NCBI RefSeq assembly: GCF_002087085.1
Contig: NZ_MWQY01000003.1
Location: 62,001 to 126,000 of the forward strand
Direction of reading: 5' to 3'
DNA: 64,000 nt
A program made the translations under genes and the position numbers. The notes below the pieces were generated by a model. It made no database searches. It saw only the letters and a list, made by a program, of their open reading frames with translations, and was not told the origin of the DNA. The stretch's first letter is position 1, and each line of letters begins with the position of its first letter. Of this stretch, positions 11,003 through 21,748 are shown one piece after another.

Positions 11003-13576
11003 TCAGATTTTCAGGGTTTTTTGTAAACGGGCCAGAAAGTTGAGGGCCTCCAGAGGTGTAGTGGAATCAATCTTCAGATTCTTTATTTCCTGGATCACCA
11101 TATCGTCAGCACCGAACAGGTCATGCTGAATCTCCCCCGCCCCGGGAGGGAGTACGGTGAGTTGAGCACCGTCGTCGAGTCCTCCCAGGATTTCCGCCGC
11201 CCTGCGAATGACCTGGTCGGGGATACCCGCCAGACGGGCTACATGAATACCGTAGGAACCGGCTGCAGCCCCCTCTTTCAAGCGTTTGAGGAAGATGATC
11301 TCCCCTTCTTTTTCCAGAACCTCCATATGAAGATTCCGGAGCCCCGGATTTTCAATGGAGGTAAGTTCATGATAGTGGGTGGCAAAGAGGGTGTTCACCT
11401 TTTTTTCCAGAATATACTCGGAAACAGCCCAGGCTATGGAGAGACCGTCGTTGGTACTGGTCCCCCTCCCTACTTCGTCCATTATAACCAGGCTCGAATT
11501 ACTCATGTAGCGCAGGATGTTGGCCGTCTCATTCATTTCCACCAGGAAGGTGGATTCTCCCCGGGCCAGGTTATCCGAAGCGCCGACCCGGCAGAAGATC
11601 CTGTCCACAAGGCCGATCTCCGCACGGGCCGCCGGAACGAAGGAACCGATCTGAGCCATGAGAACAATCAGAGCGGTCTGACGCAGCACCGTTGATTTAC
11701 CCGCCATATTGGGTCCGGTAATCAGAGCGAAAGGAGGATCCTCCCCCCCGAGGCGCAGGGAGTTGGGGATGAAATCCCCCGGAGGCAGATGCTTTTCCAC
11801 TACCGGATGCCTGCCCTCTTCAATGATGATTCCCCCGGAGCCACCTACCTGGGGCCGGATAAAACCGTGCACCGTGGCTGCATAGGCGAAACTGGCGAGG
11901 GCATCCATCTCGGCAAGATATTCTGCGCAGGCGTAGAGTTCATCCAGAGAGGTGCGCACCTTTTCCCGGAGTTCCAGAAAGACCTCGCGCTCCAGTTCTA
12001 TCGCCCTCTCGGCGGCACTGTTTACCTCGGTCTCGATGTGAATAAGCTCATCCGTGGTAAAACGTTCGCTTCCCACCAGAGACTGGCGGCGGATAAAATG
12101 CTCCGGGACGGCTTTCAGGTTAGATTTCGTTATTTCAAAAAAATATCCGATAATCTTGTTGTATTTTATCCTGAGATTCGCAATCCCCGAGGATGCTCTC
12201 TCCCGTTCAAGATACTCGTCCAGAACCCGTTTCCGATCCCTGCGGGCGTTTCGCAGCCTGTCGAGTTCTTTGTGGTAACCCGGGGCGATCAGGCGCCCCT
12301 CGGTGAGCAGAATGGAAGGATCTTCATGGAGGGACTCGGACAGAAGCTCCGTCAGCCGGTCGAGCGTCATTTCCTGCTCAGGCGACAGTGCGGGGAGGGC
12401 CTCTTTATTACCGCAGCCCTGCAGGAGTCCGGGAATTCGCCTGGCACTGCTCAGGGTATTCCGGATGGATAGAAGGTCCTTGGCGTGGGCCTTCTGCAGA
12501 GCGACCCGGGTGGCAAGGCGCTGGAGGTCAAGAACGCCGCCGAGCTCGTCCCGGATTGATCCCAGGAGAATCTGGTTGCGATACAGGGCCTCCAGGGCAT
12601 CGAGCCTGCTGTTTATCTGCTCCATGTTCCGGAGGGGATGAAGCAGACGGCTCCTGATTCTCCTTGCCCCCAGGGAGGTACGACTGTAATCCAGGACCTC
12701 CAGCAGGGTATACTGCTCGCTGCCGTCGTTCAGGTTGCGTACCAGCTCCAGATTGCGCTGGGTGGCGGTATCGAGTCCAACGTAGGTTTCATCGGTATAA
12801 CGTTCCATGGAACGTATGTGATCGAGCAGAGTTTTAGAGGTCTCCCCCACATACTCGAGGACCGCAGCCGTGGTCATGACAAGGGGATCATCCTGGTCTA
12901 TACCGAAACCCTTCAGATTGGCAGTGCCGAACTGGCGGCAGAGACGCTGAAAAGCGTCGGTCTGATCGAAATGCCAGTCGGGAATCCGGTTTATTACCAT
13001 GGATTTTCTGTCGCCGATAATCTGCCGCAGGACCTGGTCTTCATCGTAGAGAGACTCCTGCAGCAGGACCTCCTTGGGATCCAGACGGTTCAATTCCAGG
13101 GAAAGGTATTCGTGAAACCGCTCCTTTTTAACAGACGTCGCTTTGAAATCCCCGGTGGAGAGGTCCAGGTAGGCGAAACAGGCGGTACTTCCGTAGATTC
13201 CGAAGGAGAAGAGATAATTATTCCGGCGATTGTCCAGATAATCCTCTTCCAGAACTGTTCCGGGGGTAATGATCTCCACAACTTCCCGCTCGGCAATCCC
13301 TTTTCCTTTTGGGGGAAGGGCCGTCTGCTCACAGACAGCGATCTTCTTTCCCGCCTTCAGAAGCCGTCCGATGTAGGCGGAAGCGGCATGATAGGGAATG
13401 CCGCACATGGGTATGTTGTGCCGTTTGGTCAAGGTAATATTGAGGATCCCGGAGACTTCCCTGGCGTCCTGTTCGAACATTTCATAGAAGTCCCCGAGGC
13501 GAAAGAAGAGAATGGCGTCGCGGTTTTCCTGTTTGATGCGCCTGTATTGGCGCATCATGGGGGTTGTATCTGACAT
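11003..13576 (-). CDS. mutS: DNA mismatch repair protein MutS
   Basis: TPMMRQY, FFRLGDFYEMF, TGPNMAGKST, STFLVEM, DEVGRGT, ATHYHEL. Confidence 0.98.
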   Translation of the reverse strand: MSDTTPMMRQYRRIKQENRDAILFFRLGDFYEMFEQDAREVSGILNITLTKRHNIPMCGIPYHAASAYIGRLLKAGKKIAVCEQTALPPKGKGIAEREVVEIITPGTVLEEDYLDNRRNNYLFSFGIYGSTACFAYLDLSTGDFKATSVKKERFHEYLSLELNRLDPKEVLLQESLYDEDQVLRQIIGDRKSMVINRIPDWHFDQTDAFQRLCRQFGTANLKGFGIDQDDPLVMTTAAVLEYVGETSKTLLDHIRSMERYTDETYVGLDTATQRNLELVRNLNDGSEQYTLLEVLDYSRTSLGARRIRSRLLHPLRNMEQINSRLDALEALYRNQILLGSIRDELGGVLDLQRLATRVALQKAHAKDLLSIRNTLSSARRIPGLLQGCGNKEALPALSPEQEMTLDRLTELLSESLHEDPSILLTEGRLIAPGYHKELDRLRNARRDRKRVLDEYLERERASSGIANLRIKYNKIIGYFFEITKSNLKAVPEHFIRRQSLVGSERFTTDELIHIETEVNSAAERAIELEREVFLELREKVRTSLDELYACAEYLAEMDALASFAYAATVHGFIRPQVGGSGGIIIEEGRHPVVEKHLPPGDFIPNSLRLGGEDPPFALITGPNMAGKSTVLRQTALIVLMAQIGSFVPAARAEIGLVDRIFCRVGASDNLARGESTFLVEMNETANILRYMSNSSLVIMDEVGRGTSTNDGLSIAWAVSEYILEKKVNTLFATHYHELTSIENPGLRNLHMEVLEKEGEIIFLKRLKEGAAAGSYGIHVARLAGIPDQVIRRAAEILGGLDDGAQLTVLPPGAGEIQHDLFGADDMVIQEIKNLKIDSTTPLEALNFLARLQKTLKI

Positions 13577-13588
13577 CGAAAGGCCGGA

Positions 13589-14110
13589 TCAGCCTCCGGC
13601 GTTTCTCATGAGCCGCTGTATGACAAGATCGGTAATATCAGCGTCCTTGGAAAAAAAGAGGATATTGGGATCCTGCGCCTTGTAGATTACCGCGTAGCCT
13701 TCCTGCTCCGCCACATAACCGATGGCCTGCAGGATCTCCGAAGAGAGAGATGATGATGCCTGCATGCTCTCCTTCAGACGGTTGATGCGGTTTGTCATTA
13801 CACTGTGATAGTCCTTCAGGTATTCCTGTTTTTCATCGATCTGCTTTTCAATCCTCAAAACCAGAGACTCGTTGCTGTTTCGCTGGGCGTCCAGCTTGTC
13901 TTCCTTGAGCTTGTCAATCTGATTGATGATGTTACGCCGTTCTTCCTCGTAGGTGGTCTGAAGTTCTTCGATTTTCCTGAAGGAGACGGACTCCCGGAAG
14001 TACTGACTGAAAATCTTTGAAAGATCGACAACCCCGACCCGGGATATAACCTGGCTGTACCCTGAACTGAGAACAAGGGTCAGCAGAAGCGCAGAAATAA
14101 TTCGTTTCAT
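13589..14110 (-). CDS. skp: OmpH/Skp periplasmic chaperone
   Basis: Signal peptide, RVGVVD, coiled coil, DITDLVI; downstream of bamA. Confidence 0.85.
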   Translation of the reverse strand: MKRIISALLLTLVLSSGYSQVISRVGVVDLSKIFSQYFRESVSFRKIEELQTTYEEERRNIINQIDKLKEDKLDAQRNSNESLVLRIEKQIDEKQEYLKDYHSVMTNRINRLKESMQASSSLSSEILQAIGYVAEQEGYAVIYKAQDPNILFFSKDADITDLVIQRLMRNAGG

Positions 14111-14174
14111 CTATCCTTTCCTTTGCCTGGATAAATTGTAATGTTCCCTTCCAGCGATTACTACTATACCCGTT

Positions 14175-16676
14175 CTACATGGTCATGGTAAAGGCAATTA
14201 TGAAATCAAGACCTGAATCGGGATCATCCTCATCCTTGAAAAGAGGTCCCGGCTGCCATTCGATTCCGTCATCAAGGATCTTGAAGCGTTTGGCAAAATA
14301 GAATCCCAGGGGAATACCGGGGATGGTAAGCTTCAAACCGCTTCCCAGGGTAAACTTGAAATCTTCGAGCTGCATGTCCCGGAACTCCTCCAGCCCCAGG
14401 TGGGGATCATTTTCGTCCCGGAGATACATCACTGTTGCACTCGCGAAGTTATCGAACCAGAGGAACTGCTCAAATATGGGAAAGGTCAGATTGAGCCTGC
14501 TGTCCCATCTGCTCTGCCCCCCCAGGACCCTGGGCCATCCGAGGGCGACGGTCATGCCGTCGATATAGAGCAGGTCGGCGTCTGTTGCCGCCAGATCACC
14601 GTTGAACTGGGGCAGAATAAAGGCGAATTCGGTATGAAAACCGAGGATCGAACGAAAGCGATAACTCTTGCCGATTATTGTATCCAGCAGGGTAAAATAG
14701 ATATCCCCGGTGGTGGTGGAGCGCAGGTAATCCCGGGTCGACGGAAGAAAACCTCCGGTATAGGTAAACCGCTGGTTCAGATAGTAACCCTTTGAGGGAT
14801 TATAGATGAGGTCTCTGGTATCGAAGGAGAGGGAGGTCCACAAACGGGTAATGGGAAGCCAGGTTTCCAGGTTATCCCGGACGTCGGAGCTATAGGGACG
14901 GTATACCTCGTCGTCGTACCAGATATAGTTCAGGGATGTGGAAAGTCCGGTACCGAGACCGATCCGTCCGAGCCAGGTATTCCAGGTATAGCCGGTGCTG
15001 ACCCCCAGAGAGGCTTCGTAGGAATCATATTCCATAAGATAGTCTGAGTTGACCCCCTCACCATTCTCGATGGCCCACTCGTACTCTTCATAACTGTCGT
15101 AGGGATCCGGTGCACCGATGTTGTTCGGCGCTATCAGATCCTGATAGGCACCGTCGATCAGGAGGTGTTCAAAACCGAAGTTGATGCCTCCGTACCAGCG
15201 ATGGCCAAAAAGCCAATTTTCCTTGAATGCAAGGTCGATGCTCTGGCTCTGGGTCGAAACTTCAGCCCCGATGGAGATCTCCTGGCCCCGGCCGAGGAAG
15301 TTTTTGTCCGCCAGATTGATAAAGCCCACCATGGGAAACCCGGTAATACCCCCGGTAAAGGAGATACCGAAGTTGAGATCGATGGTTTTACCCTCTTCCA
15401 CGTTGATAACCAGGTCCATGAGGTTATCCACACTGCCGGCAGGGGTTTCGGGATTAACGGCTGAGAAATACTGGGTGTTGTAAAGATTCTGCAGCCCCTG
15501 GACAATCTTTTCCCTGGAAAAAACGTCCCCCACTTCAAGGGGAATTTCCCGCTCGATTACATGGTCTTTTGTTTTTGTGTTTCCCTTTATGATGATATTC
15601 TCAATGTGGGCCCGTCCTCTTTCGACGATTTCCACCACATAGGAGATACTGCGTTCCTGCTCGTTACGGATTTCCCGCCGGTCTATCTGGTTGAATATGT
15701 AACCGTCGTCAAAGTAGAGGTTCGCCACGCGGGTAAAGTCGGCCTGCAGGGCAGTCCGGTTCAAAACCGCACCCTTTTCCTGGCGAATGAGCTCCTGAAG
15801 TTCTTCGTCGGTGAACAGGGTATTTCCCTGAAACTCCACACCTCCGTAGGTGTACTGGGAGCCCTCTTCTATATAGAAGGTGATGTCCACATAGTTTCTG
15901 TCCTCGTCCTCCTGTTCGGGGGTGGGAGTCTGCCGTACTTCGACAATCTGGGCGTCCACGTAGCCCCGTTCCCAGTAGTAGGAGAGAATAATGCGCTTGT
16001 CCTGTTCAATGGTGCTTTCCTGGTATATACCGCTGGAGAAGAGTCCCTGTTCCTTGGTCTCGAGGCGCCGTTTAAGGGTGCTGTCGGAGACGAAACTGTT
16101 TCCGGAAAAGTAGATATTTTTAATACGGGTCTGAGCACCTTCGTTTACGTCGAAATAGACGACAGCCCGACCCTCCTGGTTTTTTTCAAAACGTCCGCTT
16201 ACCTCGGCATCGGGGTAGCCTTTTTCGATATAGAGGGTACGAATGGCCTCGGCATCAAGACGGACCTTGTTGCGGGTTACCATATCGTCCCGTTTGAGAA
16301 GTACGGTATCGAGGATCTCAGAATCCCGCAGGTTTTTATTACCGTTTATGATAATCTCATCAACCAGGGGTCGTTCCTTTACGGTGAACTCGATTACAAC
16401 GGAATCCGTACCCTGACTGCCTTCCACCGCATCGATGGAATAGCTTTCAAAATAGTCCAGGGCAAAAATCTTGCTTTGGAGCTCCCAGGAAAGGGTATCG
16501 GTAAAGGGTTCGCCGATATACTGGTTGGTTATACCTTCAAGATCATATTCACTGACGGACAAAAGACCCTCGAAGCGGATATCCTCGATGGGTTTCCCTA
16601 CCCACCAGTTATCTTCCTGGGTCCACGCGCTAAGACAGAGTATTAATAGTACAAAAACAAGCAGCGTCTTACGCAT
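14175..16676 (-). CDS. bamA: Outer membrane protein assembly factor BamA
   Basis: Signal peptide, POTRA-like repeats (GNTKTKDHVIERE), C-terminal beta-barrel. Confidence 0.95.
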   Translation of the reverse strand: MRKTLLVFVLLILCLSAWTQEDNWWVGKPIEDIRFEGLLSVSEYDLEGITNQYIGEPFTDTLSWELQSKIFALDYFESYSIDAVEGSQGTDSVVIEFTVKERPLVDEIIINGNKNLRDSEILDTVLLKRDDMVTRNKVRLDAEAIRTLYIEKGYPDAEVSGRFEKNQEGRAVVYFDVNEGAQTRIKNIYFSGNSFVSDSTLKRRLETKEQGLFSSGIYQESTIEQDKRIILSYYWERGYVDAQIVEVRQTPTPEQEDEDRNYVDITFYIEEGSQYTYGGVEFQGNTLFTDEELQELIRQEKGAVLNRTALQADFTRVANLYFDDGYIFNQIDRREIRNEQERSISYVVEIVERGRAHIENIIIKGNTKTKDHVIEREIPLEVGDVFSREKIVQGLQNLYNTQYFSAVNPETPAGSVDNLMDLVINVEEGKTIDLNFGISFTGGITGFPMVGFINLADKNFLGRGQEISIGAEVSTQSQSIDLAFKENWLFGHRWYGGINFGFEHLLIDGAYQDLIAPNNIGAPDPYDSYEEYEWAIENGEGVNSDYLMEYDSYEASLGVSTGYTWNTWLGRIGLGTGLSTSLNYIWYDDEVYRPYSSDVRDNLETWLPITRLWTSLSFDTRDLIYNPSKGYYLNQRFTYTGGFLPSTRDYLRSTTTGDIYFTLLDTIIGKSYRFRSILGFHTEFAFILPQFNGDLAATDADLLYIDGMTVALGWPRVLGGQSRWDSRLNLTFPIFEQFLWFDNFASATVMYLRDENDPHLGLEEFRDMQLEDFKFTLGSGLKLTIPGIPLGFYFAKRFKILDDGIEWQPGPLFKDEDDPDSGLDFIIAFTMTM

Positions 16677-16686
16677 ACCGGCTCCT

Positions 16687-19600
16687 TTAGAATGATAACG
16701 ACCACGAGAGCCCCACCTTCGCAGTGGTAATACTGGAAACTATATCACGAAAATCCGGATACACCGCCACATCGAGCAGGAAAAATGGTGTTTTCCATTC
16801 CAACGATATTTCCGTTTCCAGAGAATAGATATCCTCTCCGCTATAAGTGGAAAAAAACTGCTCGTTCGACTGAACCTGAAGCATGGCTTCAAGAAAAACA
16901 TCGTCGCCAAAGTACTTTCCCAAAAATAGGGTTGTGTTGTCAAGATAGCGTCCCAACTGATTCGATGGTATGCTTCCGTGCTGGGTACTCTGCTCCTCCA
17001 CAACCATCCGGTCCAACAGAATATTCTGCAGAATCTGAGTTCGTATACTGAAAAGATCGAGATTGAATATCTCTTTCATGGACTGTTCAAAGGACCGCAC
17101 AATTCCCAGCTGGCCGATTAATAAATCGCTGGTCTGAATAAGGGCATCCGAAGGGGTAATCGGTTCGCCCGTACTGCCGCCGAAAATCGAGTACCCCAGC
17201 AGGGCTGCTATTTCGGCATCTGTTTTACTCGGCGTCGCTTCAAAACGGGGTGAAAACTGACTGAAAGGCCGCTCATCCACAACCAGAAAGATCTGTACAC
17301 TCTTCCCTTCCTCGTCGATCTCCCGCAGTTCCGCCCGGGCGGAGAGCAGCGGATCAAACTTGATTTCGTTTTCATTGAACCTGACCGCTCCTTCGGTAAT
17401 AAAGAAGTTCCGCTGAAAATAGAGGATAATCCCTCCCTGGATTTCCACGTCCCCCAGCACCGCCAGGGTTTCACTGCCGCTGTCGTATTTCACCGTCATC
17501 TCCTGACCTGTTTTCGCAAAACTGCGCAGGATCGGAAGATTTGCCGACGGCCAGAGAAACTCCACGCTGCGACCCGTTATAAAGGTAAAATCGGTGCGCA
17601 GGGTGTGGGGCGAAGACGGAGGCGGAGTGGGCAGTTCTTCATTGGTAAGGGTGAGTACCGCAGAACTCAGTGTCAGTCGTCCGCCCAGTTCCGTACCGCT
17701 CCGGTCTCCCAGGATATTGAAACTGCCGATGGCATAGCCGTCCAGCTTGAGCTGGCCGATATCGGTTTTTACATGTACCCCGCGGTTTGGTCCTGTCCTT
17801 ATGCGTATGTCGTAGGTTGCCGGTACCCAGTGCTCCATGGCAAAGGACAGATCGGCGTTGACGCTTCCGGTTCCCACCGGAAGAGAAAGATTGTTTATCG
17901 ACAAGGTCTTCTCTTCAAGCCGAAGCTGACCGTCAAAGGGTCCGACTGCCTCGGGAATTACCGGTGATTCAGCGGATATATCCCGGGCAAAGAGAAGACC
18001 GTCAAAATCCGGATCGTTCATGGGGCCGCTGACCTTTATGTTTTCCCCGCTGACGGTTCCGCTGTTCAGGTAAAAATACGGAAAGCGGAAGCCTCCCTGC
18101 AAAGGCTCGACATCAAGGGTGATTTGTTCCAGTTCGGCATTGATGTTTCCCTCTTCCAGGCTTCCATTCAAACGAAGCTGAAGAGGCAGGGGTTCAACCA
18201 GGGCCAGGGAGAACTCCCTGTTTTTATCAAGGGTACCAGACACCGAATTCCCGGGACCGCCGTAAAAAGCAAACAGTTCTCCGTCATACCCGAAACTTAT
18301 TTCCCAGGGCTCTTTTTGATCGTTTCCCAGCTGGATGTCCCGCACCGAAAGTCTGCCGTCGAAGGGATTTCTGATAATCTCGTCCAGACCCAGACGCTGC
18401 GGGATTGCGGCAGTATCCATGCTCAGTTCCACGGTACTTCTGAGCATGTCCTCCTGGAAGGGCAAACGCAACTCTCCGCGAAACTCCACATCCCCTTCCT
18501 GAAAACGGAGGGCGCCCCTTCCCTGCTGCAGGTTCATTCCGAGATATTCCAGTTCGAATTCCCGAATATCCATACGCTCGGAATCAAGGGTGAATACCGT
18601 TCTGAAGTTGAAGGGATCCTGATTCAGCTCCCCTTCTTCGAGTTCAAAACGTGCATAAATATCCGGCTGTTCCAGGGCACCGGTCAGGGTAACATCCCCG
18701 GAGAAGTTCCCCTGTACCGGGGACTCGCCAAAGCGGCGCAGGGGTGCGTTCCTGACGGAGAAATCGGACTCCAGCTGACCGTCCTCCAGGGAGAGGACTG
18801 CCTGATACTGCTCTTCACTGTCCCTGGAAAAAAGCTGAAGCCAGCCATCACCCCGGAGGGAAAGAAAATCCCCGGGTATGAAGCTGTCCAGGGCAAAATA
18901 CCCGTTTCCCCTGACAGCGGAAATATCATCAGAATATTCAATATTGTAGATATTTATCCGGTTGGGGTCGGCTACCATGGAGAGACTCAGCGAGTCGTCC
19001 CCCCGGGTGAAGGGGAAATTCCGCAGGGAAGAATTCTCGAACCTGACCAGCCAGTATCCGAAATCCCTGTAGTATCCCCGGGAGGTAAGATCAAGGTGAG
19101 AGGTTTCACGGGTGAAGGGTATGGGGAAATCCCGGGTTTTAATGTAAAATCGCCTGGTATCTCCAAGATCGATCAGGAATGTTTCTATGTAATCTCCCTG
19201 CAGGACCAGACGTCCGTCTCCGTAGCTTCCACGGACCTGGTAGGGAATATCCTGAAGAGTGGCCGTCGCGGCAAATCGGATACCTTCGTCCGGGTCGGAC
19301 TGCAGATTTACTGCGCCTTTTGCCTGGTACTGATTATACAGCAGCGAATCCACGTTCAAATCAAAACCTTCGTTGCTCCCGCTGAACTGAAAGGTAATCC
19401 TCCGGTTGGGATCCTGCGGATGATCCACCAGGGCATTGGGAAGATAAAATGCGTAATTGTCCCCCTCCTGGTAATGGAAAAAAGAACTGCTCCATCGCAG
19501 ATTCTGCCGATTCAGCAGTTCGGGGGTCTGCCGGCCGGAGAAAAGCCTGACACTGGCATCAAGGGGAATGTCCTGGATTCGTCCGGTGTTCTGCAGAAAA

Positions 19601-21033
19601 CCCGTGTCGGCATAAAAACCGCCTTCAAGACTGACATAGCCGCGGCCGGTATCGGCTGATTCCACAGGGACCAGGAAATCATACTCCCAATCATCTCCGT
19701 TCCGACCGATATTCCCGCTCAGGCCCGGAAAAAGCACATCCCCCACTCTGAGTCCCCCGCCTGCTGTTACGGTGGATCCTGAACGCCGGAAGTCAAGATC
19801 GCCGTTCAGGAAAGCCCCGGTGGGAAGAATCACGTCCCGCAGCCTCAAGCCCCCCGAAGGAAGGAGTGAATCCATCAGGATGTCCCCCTGAAAGGTCAGT
19901 CTTCCCCTGTCAGATTCTATATAGAGCGGATTCATCGCAATGCGCCGGGTATTTCCCTCAAAATTAATCCGCCCGTCAAACAGAACGGGAAGTTCACTCC
20001 GGGACAGGTCGAAAAGCAGATCCCCCCGGTAATCCAGATCAGACAAATCGAGGTTAAAGGCTGCTTCCGCATTTCCGCTCAGAACAGCGTCGAACCAGGG
20101 TCTGTAATCTGTAAGAGCTCCCCGGGGAAGGAAAAAACCTGAAGGACGGAAATCCTCACCCAGGAAGCTGAGTCTGAGTCTCCGTCCGGCCGCTTCGTAC
20201 GCCAGCTCAAGATCAAAGGGTTCCCGATCCTGGATTTTTCGTACCTGAACCCGGGAGGGAGAATATTCAACGAAGAAGGTAATTCGAGGCAGATCAAAGA
20301 GACTGCTCTGGATATCCCGCATCATAAGGGAAAAATCACCCCGCCGTCCCGACAGATCCATCCCCCCGGACGCAGACAGATAGGACTGAAATTCGCTGAA
20401 CAGGGTATCGGAGCGGCTGTCGGAATACCCGGCGTCTCCCCGGACCTCAAAGCTGAACCTTTTTTCTTCGCGGTGTATATCGAAGAAAAGCCGATCGATA
20501 CGGGCTATCCTCCCACCGTCGACAAAGGAGAATGAGAGGTTTCGCCCGCTGATGACCAGGCCTTTATTGAGTTTTTCTCCAAACAACTCCCCCGCCGGGC
20601 CTGGTGTGGGGGAAGTCGTCAGGTCCCGGACAAGACGGAGGAGGTCCTGATCCTGCTGCAAATTAAAACCCAGGGCGGTATTTTCCAAGCGGATCTCCCG
20701 CACTGCCTGCAGAGGTTCCCCGGAAAAGAGATCAAACAGATTATAGGTGATCCTCAGTTTACGGATGACTAGCAGCGCTTCATCCGGAGATCCGGGATCG
20801 AATATTTTCAGATCCCGTATTTCCAGGTGCCGGAATACCGCCGGAGAAATACTGCTGTAGGTAATGTTTCTGCCTGTTCTTCCTTCCAGATATTCAATCA
20901 GCTGATGCCGGAACTCAAGCATGCTCCGGTCCAGGGCCTTCTGAAAGGGCCAGAGAATGACAACGGTAAGACCGATGAGCAAGAGAAGCAACAGAACCTG
21001 TATTATATGTATATTCCGCCGTGACAATGCCAT
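16687..21033 (-). CDS. tamB: TamB/AsmA-like translocation-assembly module protein
   Basis: 1448 aa, N-terminal membrane anchor, beta-rich body, DUF490-like C-terminus; tamB-bamA synteny typical of spirochaetes. Confidence 0.85.
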   Translation of the reverse strand: MALSRRNIHIIQVLLLLLLIGLTVVILWPFQKALDRSMLEFRHQLIEYLEGRTGRNITYSSISPAVFRHLEIRDLKIFDPGSPDEALLVIRKLRITYNLFDLFSGEPLQAVREIRLENTALGFNLQQDQDLLRLVRDLTTSPTPGPAGELFGEKLNKGLVISGRNLSFSFVDGGRIARIDRLFFDIHREEKRFSFEVRGDAGYSDSRSDTLFSEFQSYLSASGGMDLSGRRGDFSLMMRDIQSSLFDLPRITFFVEYSPSRVQVRKIQDREPFDLELAYEAAGRRLRLSFLGEDFRPSGFFLPRGALTDYRPWFDAVLSGNAEAAFNLDLSDLDYRGDLLFDLSRSELPVLFDGRINFEGNTRRIAMNPLYIESDRGRLTFQGDILMDSLLPSGGLRLRDVILPTGAFLNGDLDFRRSGSTVTAGGGLRVGDVLFPGLSGNIGRNGDDWEYDFLVPVESADTGRGYVSLEGGFYADTGFLQNTGRIQDIPLDASVRLFSGRQTPELLNRQNLRWSSSFFHYQEGDNYAFYLPNALVDHPQDPNRRITFQFSGSNEGFDLNVDSLLYNQYQAKGAVNLQSDPDEGIRFAATATLQDIPYQVRGSYGDGRLVLQGDYIETFLIDLGDTRRFYIKTRDFPIPFTRETSHLDLTSRGYYRDFGYWLVRFENSSLRNFPFTRGDDSLSLSMVADPNRINIYNIEYSDDISAVRGNGYFALDSFIPGDFLSLRGDGWLQLFSRDSEEQYQAVLSLEDGQLESDFSVRNAPLRRFGESPVQGNFSGDVTLTGALEQPDIYARFELEEGELNQDPFNFRTVFTLDSERMDIREFELEYLGMNLQQGRGALRFQEGDVEFRGELRLPFQEDMLRSTVELSMDTAAIPQRLGLDEIIRNPFDGRLSVRDIQLGNDQKEPWEISFGYDGELFAFYGGPGNSVSGTLDKNREFSLALVEPLPLQLRLNGSLEEGNINAELEQITLDVEPLQGGFRFPYFYLNSGTVSGENIKVSGPMNDPDFDGLLFARDISAESPVIPEAVGPFDGQLRLEEKTLSINNLSLPVGTGSVNADLSFAMEHWVPATYDIRIRTGPNRGVHVKTDIGQLKLDGYAIGSFNILGDRSGTELGGRLTLSSAVLTLTNEELPTPPPSSPHTLRTDFTFITGRSVEFLWPSANLPILRSFAKTGQEMTVKYDSGSETLAVLGDVEIQGGIILYFQRNFFITEGAVRFNENEIKFDPLLSARAELREIDEEGKSVQIFLVVDERPFSQFSPRFEATPSKTDAEIAALLGYSIFGGSTGEPITPSDALIQTSDLLIGQLGIVRSFEQSMKEIFNLDLFSIRTQILQNILLDRMVVEEQSTQHGSIPSNQLGRYLDNTTLFLGKYFGDDVFLEAMLQVQSNEQFFSTYSGEDIYSLETEISLEWKTPFFLLDVAVYPDFRDIVSSITTAKVGLSWSLSF

Positions 21034-21134
21034 TATATAATCCGGGCCATCCGGGTCTGGACTGAACTCACCATACTATTGTACCAATATACTACACTAT
21101 TGATGGGGATCGCTGCCATGCCGCGGAGGAACTG

Positions 21135-21746
21135 ATGGAAAAAATCAACAACTTCTTTGTTATTGAAGGACTGGACGGATCCGGAACTACAACCCAGCTT
21201 CATCGCATCGGCCGAAGAAGCGAGGGCCTTTCTCCGGTGCTTTTTCCAACCTTTGAACCGACGGACAACCCCATTGGACAACTGATACGAAAAATCCTCC
21301 ATAAGGAAGTGACGGTTCCCCATGATACCCTGATGCGCCTTTTTTCCGCGGACCGCTCCCTTCATCTCTTCGAAAAAAACCATGGGATTCTGGACCGTAT
21401 AGCCTCGGGAGAAACAGTCCTCTCGGATCGTTATCTTTTTTCCAGTGTTGCCTATCAGTCCCTCTATGCCTCCCTGGATGATGTCCTTCAGCTTAACCAC
21501 TTTCCTCTTCCCCAGCGGGTTTTTTTTATTGAACTGTCGCCGGAACTCTGTGCTTCCCGCCGAAAAACCCGCTCCAAAGAGGAACTCTTTGACGAAACGG
21601 AGATGCAGCGAAAGATCCGGGACAACTATTACCGTGCCTTCGAATGTTTCCCGGACCTTGATATTCAGATTATCGACGGGAGCGCCTCCATAGATGAGAT
21701 AACACGGATTATCTGGAGATCCCTGCCGTATCCGCCGATAGAATAA
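21135..21746 (+). CDS. tmk: Thymidylate kinase
   Basis: EGLDGSGTTTQ, TFEPT, LFSADR, DRYLFSSVAYQ. Confidence 0.92.
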   Translation: MEKINNFFVIEGLDGSGTTTQLHRIGRRSEGLSPVLFPTFEPTDNPIGQLIRKILHKEVTVPHDTLMRLFSADRSLHLFEKNHGILDRIASGETVLSDRYLFSSVAYQSLYASLDDVLQLNHFPLPQRVFFIELSPELCASRRKTRSKEELFDETEMQRKIRDNYYRAFECFPDLDIQIIDGSASIDEITRIIWRSLPYPPIE

Positions 21747-21748
21747 AT

